Notes: generated by a model not told the origin, from the letters alone. Positions 8,998 through 18,656 are shown, counted from the stretch's first letter. The stretch is 64,000 nt of DNA from a virus (IMGVR_UViG_3300005529_000032:6594-70593); one strand, 5' to 3'. Translations and numbers: made by a program.

Positions 8998-11948
8998 CAG
9001 CGAGTCACTCTCCAATTCAGCGTCACTGCGCCTGGAGTGATGCTCGAGGACGTACTGTTACAAACTTTGAAATTGACATTGTTCGCCGTCGGGTAAGGGT
9101 ATATCTCCAATCCGCCCGAGGTCGACGCCGCATAGCCGGTAACACCAGTGATGTCGGCATTTGGAGTGAATTGAATCACGTCGGTTGTTGCGACGCCAGA
9201 AGCGGAGACGGTAACAACTGTCGCGCATGTGGCCGAGGAGATCGCGCTTGTACCCAGCGCGGCCGTGCCCGACGCAATAAGTTGCACTGGACTGACCCAA
9301 CTACCAACGCCTGCAGTTGTGACACTGAGGTATTGCCCGTTTGAAGCTGGCGCTGCGGCAGGAAGCGTCACGGTATAAGCGGTCACAGACGTTGGAGCCT
9401 GCAGCCCGATGCTGTTCGCCGCCGCCGAGTTAGCAGTGCCTTGTCCAAGCTGTACAAATCCAGCCGTCGTGCCGCCGCTGGTGAATCCGCCTGTAGCTGT
9501 CAGGACGTGGGTCGAGTTGTTATAGCTGAGGTTTGTCGAGTCGCCGCCGAACGCGCCCGAATTGTTGTACTGGACCGCCGTGTTACTCCCTGCAGGCGTG
9601 CCATTGCCACTTACTGCCCAAGCCGAAGACTGACAGATATAGAGTGCGCCGGTATCGGTGCGGCTGTAGAGCGAGCCATTCACGCACGACCCCGTTGGAG
9701 CGCCGGTTCCACGGCACCAGCTTTCGCCGGACAGCGTTGAGCCGAGCACCACGCAATTTGCTGCAGCCAAGTTGCCCGTGTTGTTCGAGGTCGGAGCCGC
9801 CGCGCCCGCCACAATGCCGTTATCAGTGAGTGTCCCGTTCGGCGCAACATTGCCGATGAGCCCCTGCGAGGCACCGCCCGCCGTTCGATACACGTTTGCC
9901 GAAACAACGCCGGTTGCGTTCGCGCACTTCACGTTGATGGTGTGACTGCTATCCAACGTTGTAGGACCGACGGAGGTCGAAGCCGCGGCACTCGCCGTCG
10001 TTTCGCCTCCGACAGGATCGAGGCCCGTACAAGTGAAGCTATAGCTTCCGGCCGCGCCGCCGACAATTGTCCCGATGGATGCAGCGGGCACGGAGGCAGC
10101 AACAGCCTTGAGGCCGCTCGAGCCGGAAATCGCCGAGACAGTCAATGGCTCATTGGCAAACGTTACGCCTTGGTAACCGAACTGCGCCACCGTCTGCGAT
10201 CCTTGCGTCGCGTCTTTGATGTACACGTAAGGAGCAGAACCAGATTGTTCGCCGACCTGCAGCGTGTCCATGTCCGTGCGCGGGCTTTGAAACTGCATCT
10301 GCGCGGTCGCGCTCGAAGATGGCGAATAGATCGTTACTTGCGGGCCATAAATACGCATGTTCCCGTTCAGGATTGTTTGCTCTGTGCCGCTGCTCCCGCC
10401 ACATTGCCGCAGTCCGAGTACGTCAACATTGGTCTGCGAGGCGTTGTAGGAACTGTTTAGATTCGGGTCGGGGCCGGAGCTCGTGACTATCGTGTTGTAA
10501 CCGCCGTTGGCTTGTGTGCCATCGCACATACCGTTCAGGGTCAAGTTTGTCGCGCCCGCGGACGTGTTGATGAAAAAATCGCTCGACCCGGCGTAGCCTG
10601 TATTCGCGCCGCTCGCTGGTCCGGTGGTGTTCCACAGTCGGTGAACTGCAGCGATGGACGTGTTTGAGCCTTCGAGGTCAAACGCAAACGCGAGCGGGGA
10701 ATCAGGCTCTGCGCCAAAGTAGAGATTGTTGCCGTGATCTTCGAACGAGATGGCCGAGTCTCCGTATGGGTGATCATGAAACGAATGAATCGCGCCGCCT
10801 TGAAACCGCATGGCAGCGATGTTCGCGATTCCCACTGGTTGTAAATCCTGCGTCGTCGAATCAAACACGTTTTGCAAGTCAAAAATATAGTTCCACTTCC
10901 CGGTGTTTTGAATCTGGACATACAGGTTCGCCGGCGAGTCGCAGTTGACTCCTCCCGGAAACGTATAAGTTCCCGTGGTGACTGCTCCGCCCGATACTGG
11001 AACGGTTAAGTTACTCGGCATTGTGCCGCAAACCCATTTCGAAGTATTCGAAGCGTTCGCTGTGCCGTTGCCGTTTCCGCCGCGGCCCAAGATCCAGACC
11101 GTTGCAGTTGCGCCGGTGTACCCGGTAGTGGTTCCGCCGCCTGCGGTCACAATGACGGTGATCGTTCCGCCGCTAATGGATGCGGATGCCGTCGCGCGTG
11201 GGGCCGCTCCGCCGATTGTGGTGTCGGTCAGATTCGCGATAATCAGGTTGCCGTCCGAGCCATTGGTCGCCGTCGAGCCGAACTGAACCATGCTGGTCCC
11301 ATCAGTGCCGCCGTTGTATTTGTTGTCGCGAATCTGGGTCCCGTAAATGCCGTACAGTCCCATCACCTTCGGGGCGTTGCTCTGCGCATTGAAATAAATT
11401 CCCCGGATGTGCCCTGCCGGTTTCGGGCTACCGGGCGCGATGTAGACCATAGGATCAGTGATCAGGCACGTCTGATTGACCTGCGACTTATCCCACCCTT
11501 GCCCCTCCATGCTCAACGTATAGCCGGAAGCTGACCGCGGCAACGCAAGGTCCGCGCATTGGCTGTAGATGTTGTCGCCAGCAACGAGCACAGCCGCTTG
11601 ATCATTCGTTGTAATCCAGTTGATTGCCGTCGCTTTCGCGCAATCCCATTGCGTCGTGTAATTCGTCGCTGCAACCGTGCAGGACGTCGGAAAGCCGTCG
11701 GCATAGAACTTTGTGTTGATCTGCGGAGCAAAGATAGTCTTATTGCTCAACGTTTGCGTGTCGGTTGTGCCGACGATCGAGCCAGTCGGAGCGGGTACGG
11801 TCCCCTGCCACGAGCTCGAGCCACTGTACACCGTCAGGCCGGCACTGCCGCTCGGCCAAGTTTGCTGACCGCCGCCCGGCCCATTGATCACAATTGTCTG
11901 TGCGAACGCGACGGTGCAGCAGACGGAAGCGAGAAACCAACGAATCAT
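8997..11948 (-). CDS. Tail fibre/tailspike-like protein with beta-helix region
   Basis: ~983 aa G/S/T-rich; 'IVGTTDTQTLSNKT', 'GTGAPTGSCVNGSLYSRTD' and 'PAGSNTAVQYNNSGAFGG' are typical fibre motifs; N-terminal signal peptide. Confidence 0.7.
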   Translation of the reverse strand: MIRWFLASVCCTVAFAQTIVINGPGGGQQTWPSGSAGLTVYSGSSSWQGTVPAPTGSIVGTTDTQTLSNKTIFAPQINTKFYADGFPTSCTVAATNYTTQWDCAKATAINWITTNDQAAVLVAGDNIYSQCADLALPRSASGYTLSMEGQGWDKSQVNQTCLITDPMVYIAPGSPKPAGHIRGIYFNAQSNAPKVMGLYGIYGTQIRDNKYNGGTDGTSMVQFGSTATNGSDGNLIIANLTDTTIGGAAPRATASASISGGTITVIVTAGGGTTTGYTGATATVWILGRGGNGNGTANASNTSKWVCGTMPSNLTVPVSGGAVTTGTYTFPGGVNCDSPANLYVQIQNTGKWNYIFDLQNVFDSTTQDLQPVGIANIAAMRFQGGAIHSFHDHPYGDSAISFEDHGNNLYFGAEPDSPLAFAFDLEGSNTSIAAVHRLWNTTGPASGANTGYAGSSDFFINTSAGATNLTLNGMCDGTQANGGYNTIVTSSGPDPNLNSSYNASQTNVDVLGLRQCGGSSGTEQTILNGNMRIYGPQVTIYSPSSSATAQMQFQSPRTDMDTLQVGEQSGSAPYVYIKDATQGSQTVAQFGYQGVTFANEPLTVSAISGSSGLKAVAASVPAASIGTIVGGAAGSYSFTCTGLDPVGGETTASAAASTSVGPTTLDSSHTINVKCANATGVVSANVYRTAGGASQGLIGNVAPNGTLTDNGIVAGAAAPTSNNTGNLAAANCVVLGSTLSGESWCRGTGAPTGSCVNGSLYSRTDTGALYICQSSAWAVSGNGTPAGSNTAVQYNNSGAFGGDSTNLSYNNSTHVLTATGGFTSGGTTAGFVQLGQGTANSAAANSIGLQAPTSVTAYTVTLPAAAPASNGQYLSVTTAGVGSWVSPVQLIASGTAALGTSAISSATCATVVTVSASGVATTDVIQFTPNADITGVTGYAASTSGGLEIYPYPTANNVNFKVCNSTSSSITPGAVTLNWRVTR

Positions 11949-12286
11949 TAACGTCCCCAATAGCTGATCTGCGCGGTTCCGCCGCCTGAGTAAGTCAGCA
12001 GGTTCGCGCGCGCGTAAATGACCGGCTTCCCGTCGACATGGAACATGGTGGAACTAGTGCAACTCTGAGTGCCGCTGAGATCGAACCAGTTCACGTTGTC
12101 CTGCGAACCTTCGAGCCGCACGGTGCAGGTCGCGGGCGAGCCGACAACTACCTGCAGGGTGTGATTCTGCGCCTGCGATAACCAACCTGGCGTTGTGCCG
12201 GCTGCGGAGAGCGTCGCAGTATAAGGAGCCGGAGATTGCGCGACCAGCAATCCGGCAGAAAATAAGAATAGTAGAAAACGCTTCAT
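11948..12286 (-). CDS. Small signal-peptide beta-sandwich protein
   Basis: MKRFLLFLFSAGLLVA|Q; 'VRLEGSQDNVNWFDL' motif seen in phage virion accessory proteins. Confidence 0.65.
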   Translation of the reverse strand: MKRFLLFLFSAGLLVAQSPAPYTATLSAAGTTPGWLSQAQNHTLQVVVGSPATCTVRLEGSQDNVNWFDLSGTQSCTSSTMFHVDGKPVIYARANLLTYSGGGTAQISYWGR

Positions 12287-12287
12287 G

Positions 12288-14309
12288 TCAGTTCACCCTG
12301 TGCCGGGAGCTCGAGGCGCGCGGCAGGCTGAATCCTTTCGTCTGAGATCTGTGCTGTTTGTCGTAACGCGCCGCTTGCGTCTGCGCGATCATCGCGAGCC
12401 GCGTGGGGTCCGTCAATTCCTGGCCGAACGCTGCGCGATAGTGTTCCTGGACCCGGACGATCTCCTCGCCGAGCCAGAGGCCCTTCGGCATGACCGCCTC
12501 GAGATCCTTAAAGGCCATCATGGTGTGGCGCAGGGAATCTAAGCCGTCGTCGCCGCCGATGCCGTCGATCGCGTTAAATTTCTGGACATCTTCCTGCCGC
12601 GGCGGTTGATCTGTCTTGGCTTCGCCCAGTCCGCGTATCGCTTCTTTGCAGCGCCGCCAGAGCACCATCTTCGGCAGAACCTCGGGTCCGCGCACTTGCC
12701 GGGTTTTCGAGAGCTCGCGTTCATACTGCTCGACACCCGCGCGCCGGAAGACCTCGGCTAACCGCGCCTTTAGCTCGTCCTCAGTCTCGTTCAGGATCGG
12801 CCGGAAACGCAGCATCTCCACGAGGTAGCTCCACCCGGAGATCCGGTCTGTGTTCGCCGGCTTGAGCGCAATCACTAGCTGTCCCTGTGCGAACTCCTGC
12901 TTGCGCCGCTCAAACATTTGCTGCGCCATCTGCGGGTCTTTCGACATGGCGAGCCGCTCGTCGTCGTTGTAGCGGAGGAGGAACGCGCCGTATGGCCCCA
13001 GGACCTGCTTGATGCCGTCCGCCATCTGCTCGGCCTTAGTCTTATCCGCATCGGTCTTACTAAACGCGTCCGGCGAAAGCGCAATGGTGACTTGCTTCTC
13101 CGGCAAGAACTCGAGATCCGGCAGCCACCATTTCGCGAGCGTGACGCCCATCTCGAACGAGCCGACCAGACGGACCGCTAACTCGTCATAGATGTGTATC
13201 CGCTTGTCCTGTTGGTTTTTGCACGCCTTATGGAAAACTGCGTTGTGCGAAAAGCCCCAGTCGCCGCCGCCAAAGCGCGGCCACCAGGACTTGAGCTCCG
13301 CCTCCTCGATGACGTGCTGCGCCCAGGGATACCGCTCCTTCTCGACATCTGTGACGGGCCCGTCGGGCCGGAACTCTGAGAAGTAAATGCCGGAGCCCGC
13401 GTCCCAGTCGCCCTCAATCCAGTGCTTCCGTGTGATCTCGTCTTGCGCGAGCAGCATGCCCTCGTACTGCTTGTTCGTGCGTAAGTAAGGGTTATCCTCC
13501 AAACGCATCGGGATGAAGATGCGGATCAATCCCGTGATCGGGTCGCGCATCGGCGTGTTCCAGGGGATGAGCTTGCCGTCTCCGCTGCGCACTTTGACGA
13601 AGCGGTTCTTCACCCACTCGTGCCCGTCGCCATCCGGGTTTGTGGTCGAGAGGATCTGGCAGCGCAACGGCGGAAAGGTCTTCTTGACAAGTTGCCCAGT
13701 CTGCGCGTCCCGGACCGTGTGTACGCGCAGTTGCTTTTTGTTGCGCAGCGAGCCGAGCAGTTTTAGATACCACCGCTCTTCGGGAATCTGCGTTAGCTCA
13801 TCGAGCCCGATCTTAGTGAGTCCCTGGCCGCGGTATTTTTCGTACGCGTCTTTGTCGCCGAGGTGATTGGTATAGATCTTTGCGCCCGAGGGGAAGTCGA
13901 AAACCGTCGGGTCATCCTTCGCCTTGCCGCCAAAGGGACGAAAGAACTCCTTGCACTCGTCCACGAACTCGGCCATCGACTGATACTCTTTGCGCAACAG
14001 AAGGCCGCGGAAGCTCGGCTCGTTCAGATACGAATAGCGCGCCGGGTCGTCGGGCTCGAGCCGCGGGTCTCCCATGGCGCACCACGCAATCAGCGCGGAG
14101 CTCTTGCTGCCGCCGCGACGGCCGCCGATCAGAATCTCATCGTAAGGACAGAGCAGGGTCCATGTCTGGGGCCCAATGTTCGACGCCCAGTTGGTGCTGC
14201 CATCTTTCGGATTGAGGAATTTAACCTGAAATCCCGGATCGAGGCCCGGCTGCTCATATTGGAGCCAGTGCGGTACGTCCGGAATGGGATAACTTAGTGC
14301 GCCGTCCAT
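12288..14309 (-). CDS. terL: Terminase large subunit
   Basis: Walker A 'GGRRGGSKS', Walker B 'IGLDELTQ', 'STTNPDGDGHEWVKNRF', 'EDNPYL', nuclease 'GGDWGF...DDGLDSLRH'. Start placed at MDGALSY (14309). Confidence 0.92.
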   Translation of the reverse strand: MDGALSYPIPDVPHWLQYEQPGLDPGFQVKFLNPKDGSTNWASNIGPQTWTLLCPYDEILIGGRRGGSKSSALIAWCAMGDPRLEPDDPARYSYLNEPSFRGLLLRKEYQSMAEFVDECKEFFRPFGGKAKDDPTVFDFPSGAKIYTNHLGDKDAYEKYRGQGLTKIGLDELTQIPEERWYLKLLGSLRNKKQLRVHTVRDAQTGQLVKKTFPPLRCQILSTTNPDGDGHEWVKNRFVKVRSGDGKLIPWNTPMRDPITGLIRIFIPMRLEDNPYLRTNKQYEGMLLAQDEITRKHWIEGDWDAGSGIYFSEFRPDGPVTDVEKERYPWAQHVIEEAELKSWWPRFGGGDWGFSHNAVFHKACKNQQDKRIHIYDELAVRLVGSFEMGVTLAKWWLPDLEFLPEKQVTIALSPDAFSKTDADKTKAEQMADGIKQVLGPYGAFLLRYNDDERLAMSKDPQMAQQMFERRKQEFAQGQLVIALKPANTDRISGWSYLVEMLRFRPILNETEDELKARLAEVFRRAGVEQYERELSKTRQVRGPEVLPKMVLWRRCKEAIRGLGEAKTDQPPRQEDVQKFNAIDGIGGDDGLDSLRHTMMAFKDLEAVMPKGLWLGEEIVRVQEHYRAAFGQELTDPTRLAMIAQTQAARYDKQHRSQTKGFSLPRASSSRHRVN

Positions 14310-16198
14310 CCCCCGCCGCCGGTGCAATACGCGAGTAAGTGATAACTGCCGCCGCCCGAGATATTCGCTCCATAAACGTTTGTGTTCGCGTCCTTGACCG
14401 GCTGCATGGTTCCTTCGTTCGTGCCATTGCAAGCCGGTAGTTGGATCACATTGACCGGGGTCATCATGATCGCCATCCCGCCCACAAATAACGTCGTCGG
14501 CGCTACTCCCGTGCCGGCCTGCCCGGCTGATATCTGCGCTTGCGAGCCGAACATGCTATACGAGACAAAGCCCGCGTTGTTTGGGTCCGAAGAGTTTGTT
14601 GAGCGGAAGCCCGACTCGGTCGCTGTGCCGTTCGGCGCCGTCGTGATGTAGCTGATGGTGTTGGTCTGGCCGATCGCCTGGAAGCGCACGCCGCCTGTGC
14701 CGAGACGTGGGTCGTAAGTCCAGGAGTAACCGCCGCCAAAGTTCCAAGTGCCGACGGACCCATTGCCGAGCACAACTTCGTTCGAGGCGGTGCAGTAAGC
14801 CCGATACCCGATGCAAGTCGAGTTAGTCAGGATCGATGAGGAGTTCTTGGTTGCATTTTCTCCCAACAGCGTCATCTGACTATCCGTCGTAATGTGTTTA
14901 TTGACATTGTTGATGTCGAGGAAGTCGTTGCCCGAATAAAATCCGATTGCCGTGTCGTCATTCGCGCCGTCCTGCACAAAGAACAAAGAACTGCCGCCGA
15001 TCGCGGTCAGATGGTTGTTGACACAGACAGTCGGCACGCTTCCGTCGGCATTTGTGCATTGGCCGGCGTTGGTTCCGACAGCAGTGTTATAGAGTCCCCC
15101 GGTCTGATCCTGCAGCGCGGAAGCTCCAATACAGACGTTGTCTTCACTCGCGCCCACTCCGCCCACAAACAGATTGCAAGCCGCGACGCCGACGCCAGTG
15201 TTAAACCGTCCGTGCTGCGCATCCTGCAAGGTGCTCGGCCCGATAGCGACGTTGTTCGCGCCATCGATGTTCGCGTTGAGGGCTTCGTCTCCATCGGCGG
15301 TGTTTAGGAATCCACCGATGTTCTGCTGGCAACTGAGAACCCCGGTGCAAGTGTTGCGGAAGCCGTAACGATTAAACTCCAGCGAGTCGACGCCGGTGGC
15401 GGTGTTAAAGAATCCCGAGCCGTTTGATGCAAGCGCGTTTGTTCCGCCGCCAAAGTTCCAATACCCACTGCTGTTCGCCGCGAGTACATTGAAGCCAAAG
15501 CCAGAATTGAACGTGCCGTCTAAGCCGAACGCATCGGTGCGGCCTGGTACGGTCGAGGCTAAGGAGTTCCCGCCCCACCCGATGTTCTCTGCCGAGAGAT
15601 TGCTCCGCAACTCCGCGGCGTTGCTACTGCCGGTCGCGCCGTCGAGTTGCGCGATGCTGGCCGGTTGCAGGCTGACAATCTGCTTGACCGAGATCGCGCT
15701 CAACGTCCCGTGAAATCCGGCCGCCTCAGACTCGACTGTGCTTGGAGCAGGCGTGAAGGTAACGCTTGCGTTTCCAGTGGTCCCCGCAATCAGATCCATG
15801 GACGTCGGGTTGACGCCCGTGTCTGAGCAAGACCAAAACGTTGTCGCACTCACAGACCCGAGAGCCACTGTGACGGCGCCGCAGCCGGTGTAAGTCCACG
15901 CAATCAAATAATGCGTGCCGGTCGTGACAGCGAAAGCGGGCGAGGTGAGAGCGCCCGTCGAATTGACGGCAAAGGTGTAAGTGCCGCCGCCGCTATTGGT
16001 GACTCCGCTTCCAACGGTCCATGTTGCCGGCGCGGTGTTTAGCTCTGTGGTGGTCGCAGAGTTTGTGGTCTGGGGTATTTGTAGCGGGTTCTTGTTCCGG
16101 ATCTGCGTCTGGAAATCGAACTGAGATTGTTGCCCATTCGCCAGTCCTGCTGTAACAAGCAGAATGGCTAGGCAGGTCTCAATACAGCGGGATTTCAT
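14294..16198 (-). CDS. Tail fibre-like protein with NTAxGxxAL repeats
   Basis: Repeated 'NTATGVDSL/NTADGDEAL/NVAIGPSTL' 14-aa beta-roll repeats; N-terminal signal peptide. Confidence 0.7.
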   Translation of the reverse strand: MKSRCIETCLAILLVTAGLANGQQSQFDFQTQIRNKNPLQIPQTTNSATTTELNTAPATWTVGSGVTNSGGGTYTFAVNSTGALTSPAFAVTTGTHYLIAWTYTGCGAVTVALGSVSATTFWSCSDTGVNPTSMDLIAGTTGNASVTFTPAPSTVESEAAGFHGTLSAISVKQIVSLQPASIAQLDGATGSSNAAELRSNLSAENIGWGGNSLASTVPGRTDAFGLDGTFNSGFGFNVLAANSSGYWNFGGGTNALASNGSGFFNTATGVDSLEFNRYGFRNTCTGVLSCQQNIGGFLNTADGDEALNANIDGANNVAIGPSTLQDAQHGRFNTGVGVAACNLFVGGVGASEDNVCIGASALQDQTGGLYNTAVGTNAGQCTNADGSVPTVCVNNHLTAIGGSSLFFVQDGANDDTAIGFYSGNDFLDINNVNKHITTDSQMTLLGENATKNSSSILTNSTCIGYRAYCTASNEVVLGNGSVGTWNFGGGYSWTYDPRLGTGGVRFQAIGQTNTISYITTAPNGTATESGFRSTNSSDPNNAGFVSYSMFGSQAQISAGQAGTGVAPTTLFVGGMAIMMTPVNVIQLPACNGTNEGTMQPVKDANTNVYGANISGGGSYHLLAYCTGGGGWTAH

Positions 16199-16395
16199 TG
16201 CCCGTAGTTCTTGCGCCTCTTCTGCGCGTTCACAGCGAAACGCGACTTCTGACCGATCTTTCCTTTGGCTTGATAGTGCTCGCGAGCGAACTCCATCGGG
16301 CTCTGCCCATGCTGCCTCGCAACGCGCGTGAGCGAGCCTTCCTCGAAATCAGGACTTTTTGTCGTCCGCTGAATCCACTTTTCCTGGATCGCCAT
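16195..16395 (-). CDS. Small basic phage protein
   Basis: MAIQEKWIQ...GSLTRVA...; GGAGGAG RBS. Confidence 0.6.
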   Translation of the reverse strand: MAIQEKWIQRTTKSPDFEEGSLTRVARQHGQSPMEFAREHYQAKGKIGQKSRFAVNAQKRRKNYGQ

Positions 16396-16534
16396 CGACT
16401 CCTCCCTCAAAAGGCCCGCTCGGCTCTGGTTCTTTCAGATGCACCTCGCGCCGCTTGCAGCAATGCGTCCCGATATACAAACCGAGCGCAAACAGCACGA
16501 CGAACAGCAGGATCATTGCGACCGCCCACTTCAT
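16349..16534 (-). CDS. Small membrane protein
   Basis: One N-terminal TM helix; ATGA overlap with the upstream gene. Confidence 0.5.
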   Translation of the reverse strand: MKWAVAMILLFVVLFALGLYIGTHCCKRREVHLKEPEPSGPFEGGVDGDPGKVDSADDKKS

Positions 16535-16713
16535 GAGCCGTACGGTTTCCGCTTGCGCGACGGCGAAGCCCGCTCCGGCAGTCCCTTTTCCTTCGTGGCC
16601 GCGAAGTCGTGCATTTGCTGGTGCGTCATATGGATGCCGCGCTCCTCCGCCATGCCGGGATTGTGTTCCAGCATCCCGAAGAATTTACGCTGCTTCTTGC
16701 TGACTGCCGGCAT
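16531..16713 (-). CDS. DUF3008-like small protein
   Basis: MPAVSKKQRKFFGM...HDFAATKEKGLP. Confidence 0.65.
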   Translation of the reverse strand: MPAVSKKQRKFFGMLEHNPGMAEERGIHMTHQQMHDFAATKEKGLPERASPSRKRKPYGS

Positions 16714-16722
16714 GCGAAGCCC

Positions 16723-17058
16723 CTACGTCGTCGGTGTCGGCGGAGTCTGTGTGCTCCCCTGGCCGCTCAAACTCTGCGTCTCGGCGTCGACGCGCGCCTG
16801 CAGGTTGTTAATGTCGCTGACCACCGACTCGATATCGGCGTCACTCGTGCCGCTCTGCGCCGATGCCAACTTGTTTGCGATAGCCGTGAGCTCGTTGCTG
16901 ATGCTCGCTCCCATGCTGGCTACGCTGTGCTTGAGGTCGTCTAGTGCTGCCATGATTTGCTCCTGTGTTTTGTCGAGAGTGTCGAACCGGGGAAAGAGCT
17001 CAGATCGCAGCAGGTTGCGGATAAACCGCTCCCAACTCGACCATCCTATTCCCATCAT
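16723..17058 (-). CDS. Small coiled-coil protein
   Basis: 'IMAALDDLKHSVASM...' heptads; start uncertain. Confidence 0.5.
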   Translation of the reverse strand: MMGIGWSSWERFIRNLLRSELFPRFDTLDKTQEQIMAALDDLKHSVASMGASISNELTAIANKLASAQSGTSDADIESVVSDINNLQARVDAETQSLSGQGSTQTPPTPTT

Positions 17059-17100
17059 GCCTAGCAGTGTACCTTAGAAAACCTACTTAGTAACAGTACC

Positions 17101-17262
17101 TTACGGGTGCCGGAACGCTCCGAAAATCAGCAAAAGCACGAGGATGAGGACCAATAATCCTAAGCCGCCGCTCGGATAGTACCCCCAGTTTGCCGAGTAG
17201 GGCCACACGGGAAATACTCCGAGCGTAAGCACCAGGAGCACGATAATCAGTACGATCAACAT
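17101..17262 (-). CDS. DUF3309-family small membrane protein (53 aa)
   Basis: Not in the ORF track: MLIVLIIVLLVLTLGVFPVWPYSANWGYYPSGGLGLLVLILVLLLIFGAFRHP*. Confidence 0.75.
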   Translation of the reverse strand: MLIVLIIVLLVLTLGVFPVWPYSANWGYYPSGGLGLLVLILVLLLIFGAFRHP

Positions 17263-18656
17263 TCCATCTCCTCCAAAAACTCGATTAGCTTCACGCCGAT
17301 ATACTCGGCTTTCTCTGGGACCACTGCATTACCAAGCCGGGAGAGCCGCTTGGTGCGGTTGCTCATAGCTCGGTCCAACTGATCGGAAAGCCCATCAGCC
17401 ACTCCACGAAGCGGGGATTCAAGCGCCGGCGCGAGGTCTGGCCGTCCGGCGAGGATGAGTGGCCAGATGGCGTCTCCGGGTCCTGGCGCGTAGCGAAGCG
17501 GTGCTCCACGAAGTTCTGGAGTTGCTCGCCCTTCTGTGTCCCGCTCCGCTCCTGATAACTCTGCTTGTTCGGCGTCCGGTAGTCGCGTGCCGCTGGCGTC
17601 GGAAAGAATCGCGCCTGCTGGTCGAGTCCCATCTCGTCCTTCCGGTCCCCGCTGCGGCTCCGAAACGAATCCGTTGCGGGAGTCTGCCAGATGGTGGCCT
17701 CCTCGGAAAGAATCTTGCCGCCCGTCCCCGGCGTGCGTGTCGACGCCCGGACTTGCTCCTTCACTGGCGTCGGCCAGTTGTTCGCCTGCTTCGCGAACTC
17801 CCCGCCGCCGCAGCCGCCGACTTTGCCCTTGTGGTCCCGGTTGCTCATTCCGTGCGGCGTGTGCCACAACTCCGCTTGGTGCGCCAATTGCACCGTCGGG
17901 TCCAGCGGACTGACGCGACCGTGGATCTTGTTCGGATGGTGATCCCGCTCCATTGGGGTGCGCCATAAATCGGTCGCTGTTGCTAGATCGTGCGGTTTGT
18001 AGTGACAGTCGGTCGCTGCGAAGCCCGGTCCGCGCGCATGCGCGTGCGCTTCCGGTGTCGGCCATGTGGTCGCGACTACCGTTAAGTCCTGATAGCCGCC
18101 GTTCTCCATCGAGCGCCGCCGTGAGGGTCCGCCTGCGTTGTTCGCGTTGTCCTCGGTCGGTGTAGGCCACGATGAACACGCGCTTGCGGATATGACTGGC
18201 TCCGAAGTCCGAAGCTCGTAAACAGAACCAGACACACACATACCCGAGTCCGGAAAGGTCTCCGAGTACTCGTCGCATTGCATCGTGAGTAAGGAGACCT
18301 GGTGTGTTCTCAATAAGCACGAGCCGGGGTCGAAGCTCCCCAATAAGACGGGCGAACTCAAGCCAAAGACCCGAGCGAGTTGGCGCGCCATCCGCATCGA
18401 AGAGTCCGGCCCGCTTTCCGGCTTGGCTAACGTCCTGGCAGGGGAAGCCGCCGGCCAATAGGTCAACGGCGTCGAGATCTCGTCCGGATACATGTCTGAT
18501 ATCTCCATGCCGCTTTACTCCCGGCCAATGTTTTTTCAGAACCTTCGTGCAAAACGCATCTACCTCGATCTGCCATTGACACTCCCATCCGGCGCGCTCC
18601 AGACCTAAGTCGAGTCCACCAATACCCGTGAACAACGAACCAAAGGTGAACTTCAC
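17256..18656 (-). CDS. C5-cytosine DNA methyltransferase, alpha polypeptide
   Basis: Motif I 'SLFTGIGG', IV 'GGFPCQD', VI 'IENTPGL', VIII 'HIRKRVFIVA', X 'RLSRLGNAVVP'; no motif IX in this frame. Confidence 0.88.
   Translation of the reverse strand: MKFTFGSLFTGIGGLDLGLERAGWECQWQIEVDAFCTKVLKKHWPGVKRHGDIRHVSGRDLDAVDLLAGGFPCQDVSQAGKRAGLFDADGAPTRSGLWLEFARLIGELRPRLVLIENTPGLLTHDAMRRVLGDLSGLGYVCVWFCLRASDFGASHIRKRVFIVAYTDRGQREQRRRTLTAALDGERRLSGLNGSRDHMADTGSARACARTGLRSDRLSLQTARSSNSDRFMAHPNGAGSPSEQDPRSRQSAGPDGAIGAPSGVVAHAARNEQPGPQGQSRRLRRRGVREAGEQLADASEGASPGVDTHAGDGRQDSFRGGHHLADSRNGFVSEPQRGPEGRDGTRPAGAILSDASGTRLPDAEQAELSGAERDTEGRATPELRGAPLRYAPGPGDAIWPLILAGRPDLAPALESPLRGVADGLSDQLDRAMSNRTKRLSRLGNAVVPEKAEYIGVKLIEFLEEMEC
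17363..18493 (-). CDS. C5-methyltransferase beta polypeptide encoded in an alternative frame
   Basis: Nested same-strand ORF with repeated W-x-T-P modules and motif IX-like 'RRRLNPRFVEWLMGFP'; GGAG RBS before ATG 18493 (ORF is open from 18508). Confidence 0.75.
   Translation of the reverse strand: MYPDEISTPLTYWPAASPARTLAKPESGPDSSMRMARQLARVFGLSSPVLLGSFDPGSCLLRTHQVSLLTMQCDEYSETFPDSGMCVSGSVYELRTSEPVISASACSSWPTPTEDNANNAGGPSRRRSMENGGYQDLTVVATTWPTPEAHAHARGPGFAATDCHYKPHDLATATDLWRTPMERDHHPNKIHGRVSPLDPTVQLAHQAELWHTPHGMSNRDHKGKVGGCGGGEFAKQANNWPTPVKEQVRASTRTPGTGGKILSEEATIWQTPATDSFRSRSGDRKDEMGLDQQARFFPTPAARDYRTPNKQSYQERSGTQKGEQLQNFVEHRFATRQDPETPSGHSSSPDGQTSRRRLNPRFVEWLMGFPISWTEL

Noticed and set aside
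12600-13000. Possible intein in the terminase nuclease domain
   Set aside because: The extra helical segments lack the N-terminal Cys/Ser and C-terminal His-Asn splice motifs.
14310-14432. Extended N-terminus of terL in the ORF track
   Set aside because: It overlaps the fibre gene's C-terminus; the start at 14309 is more plausible.
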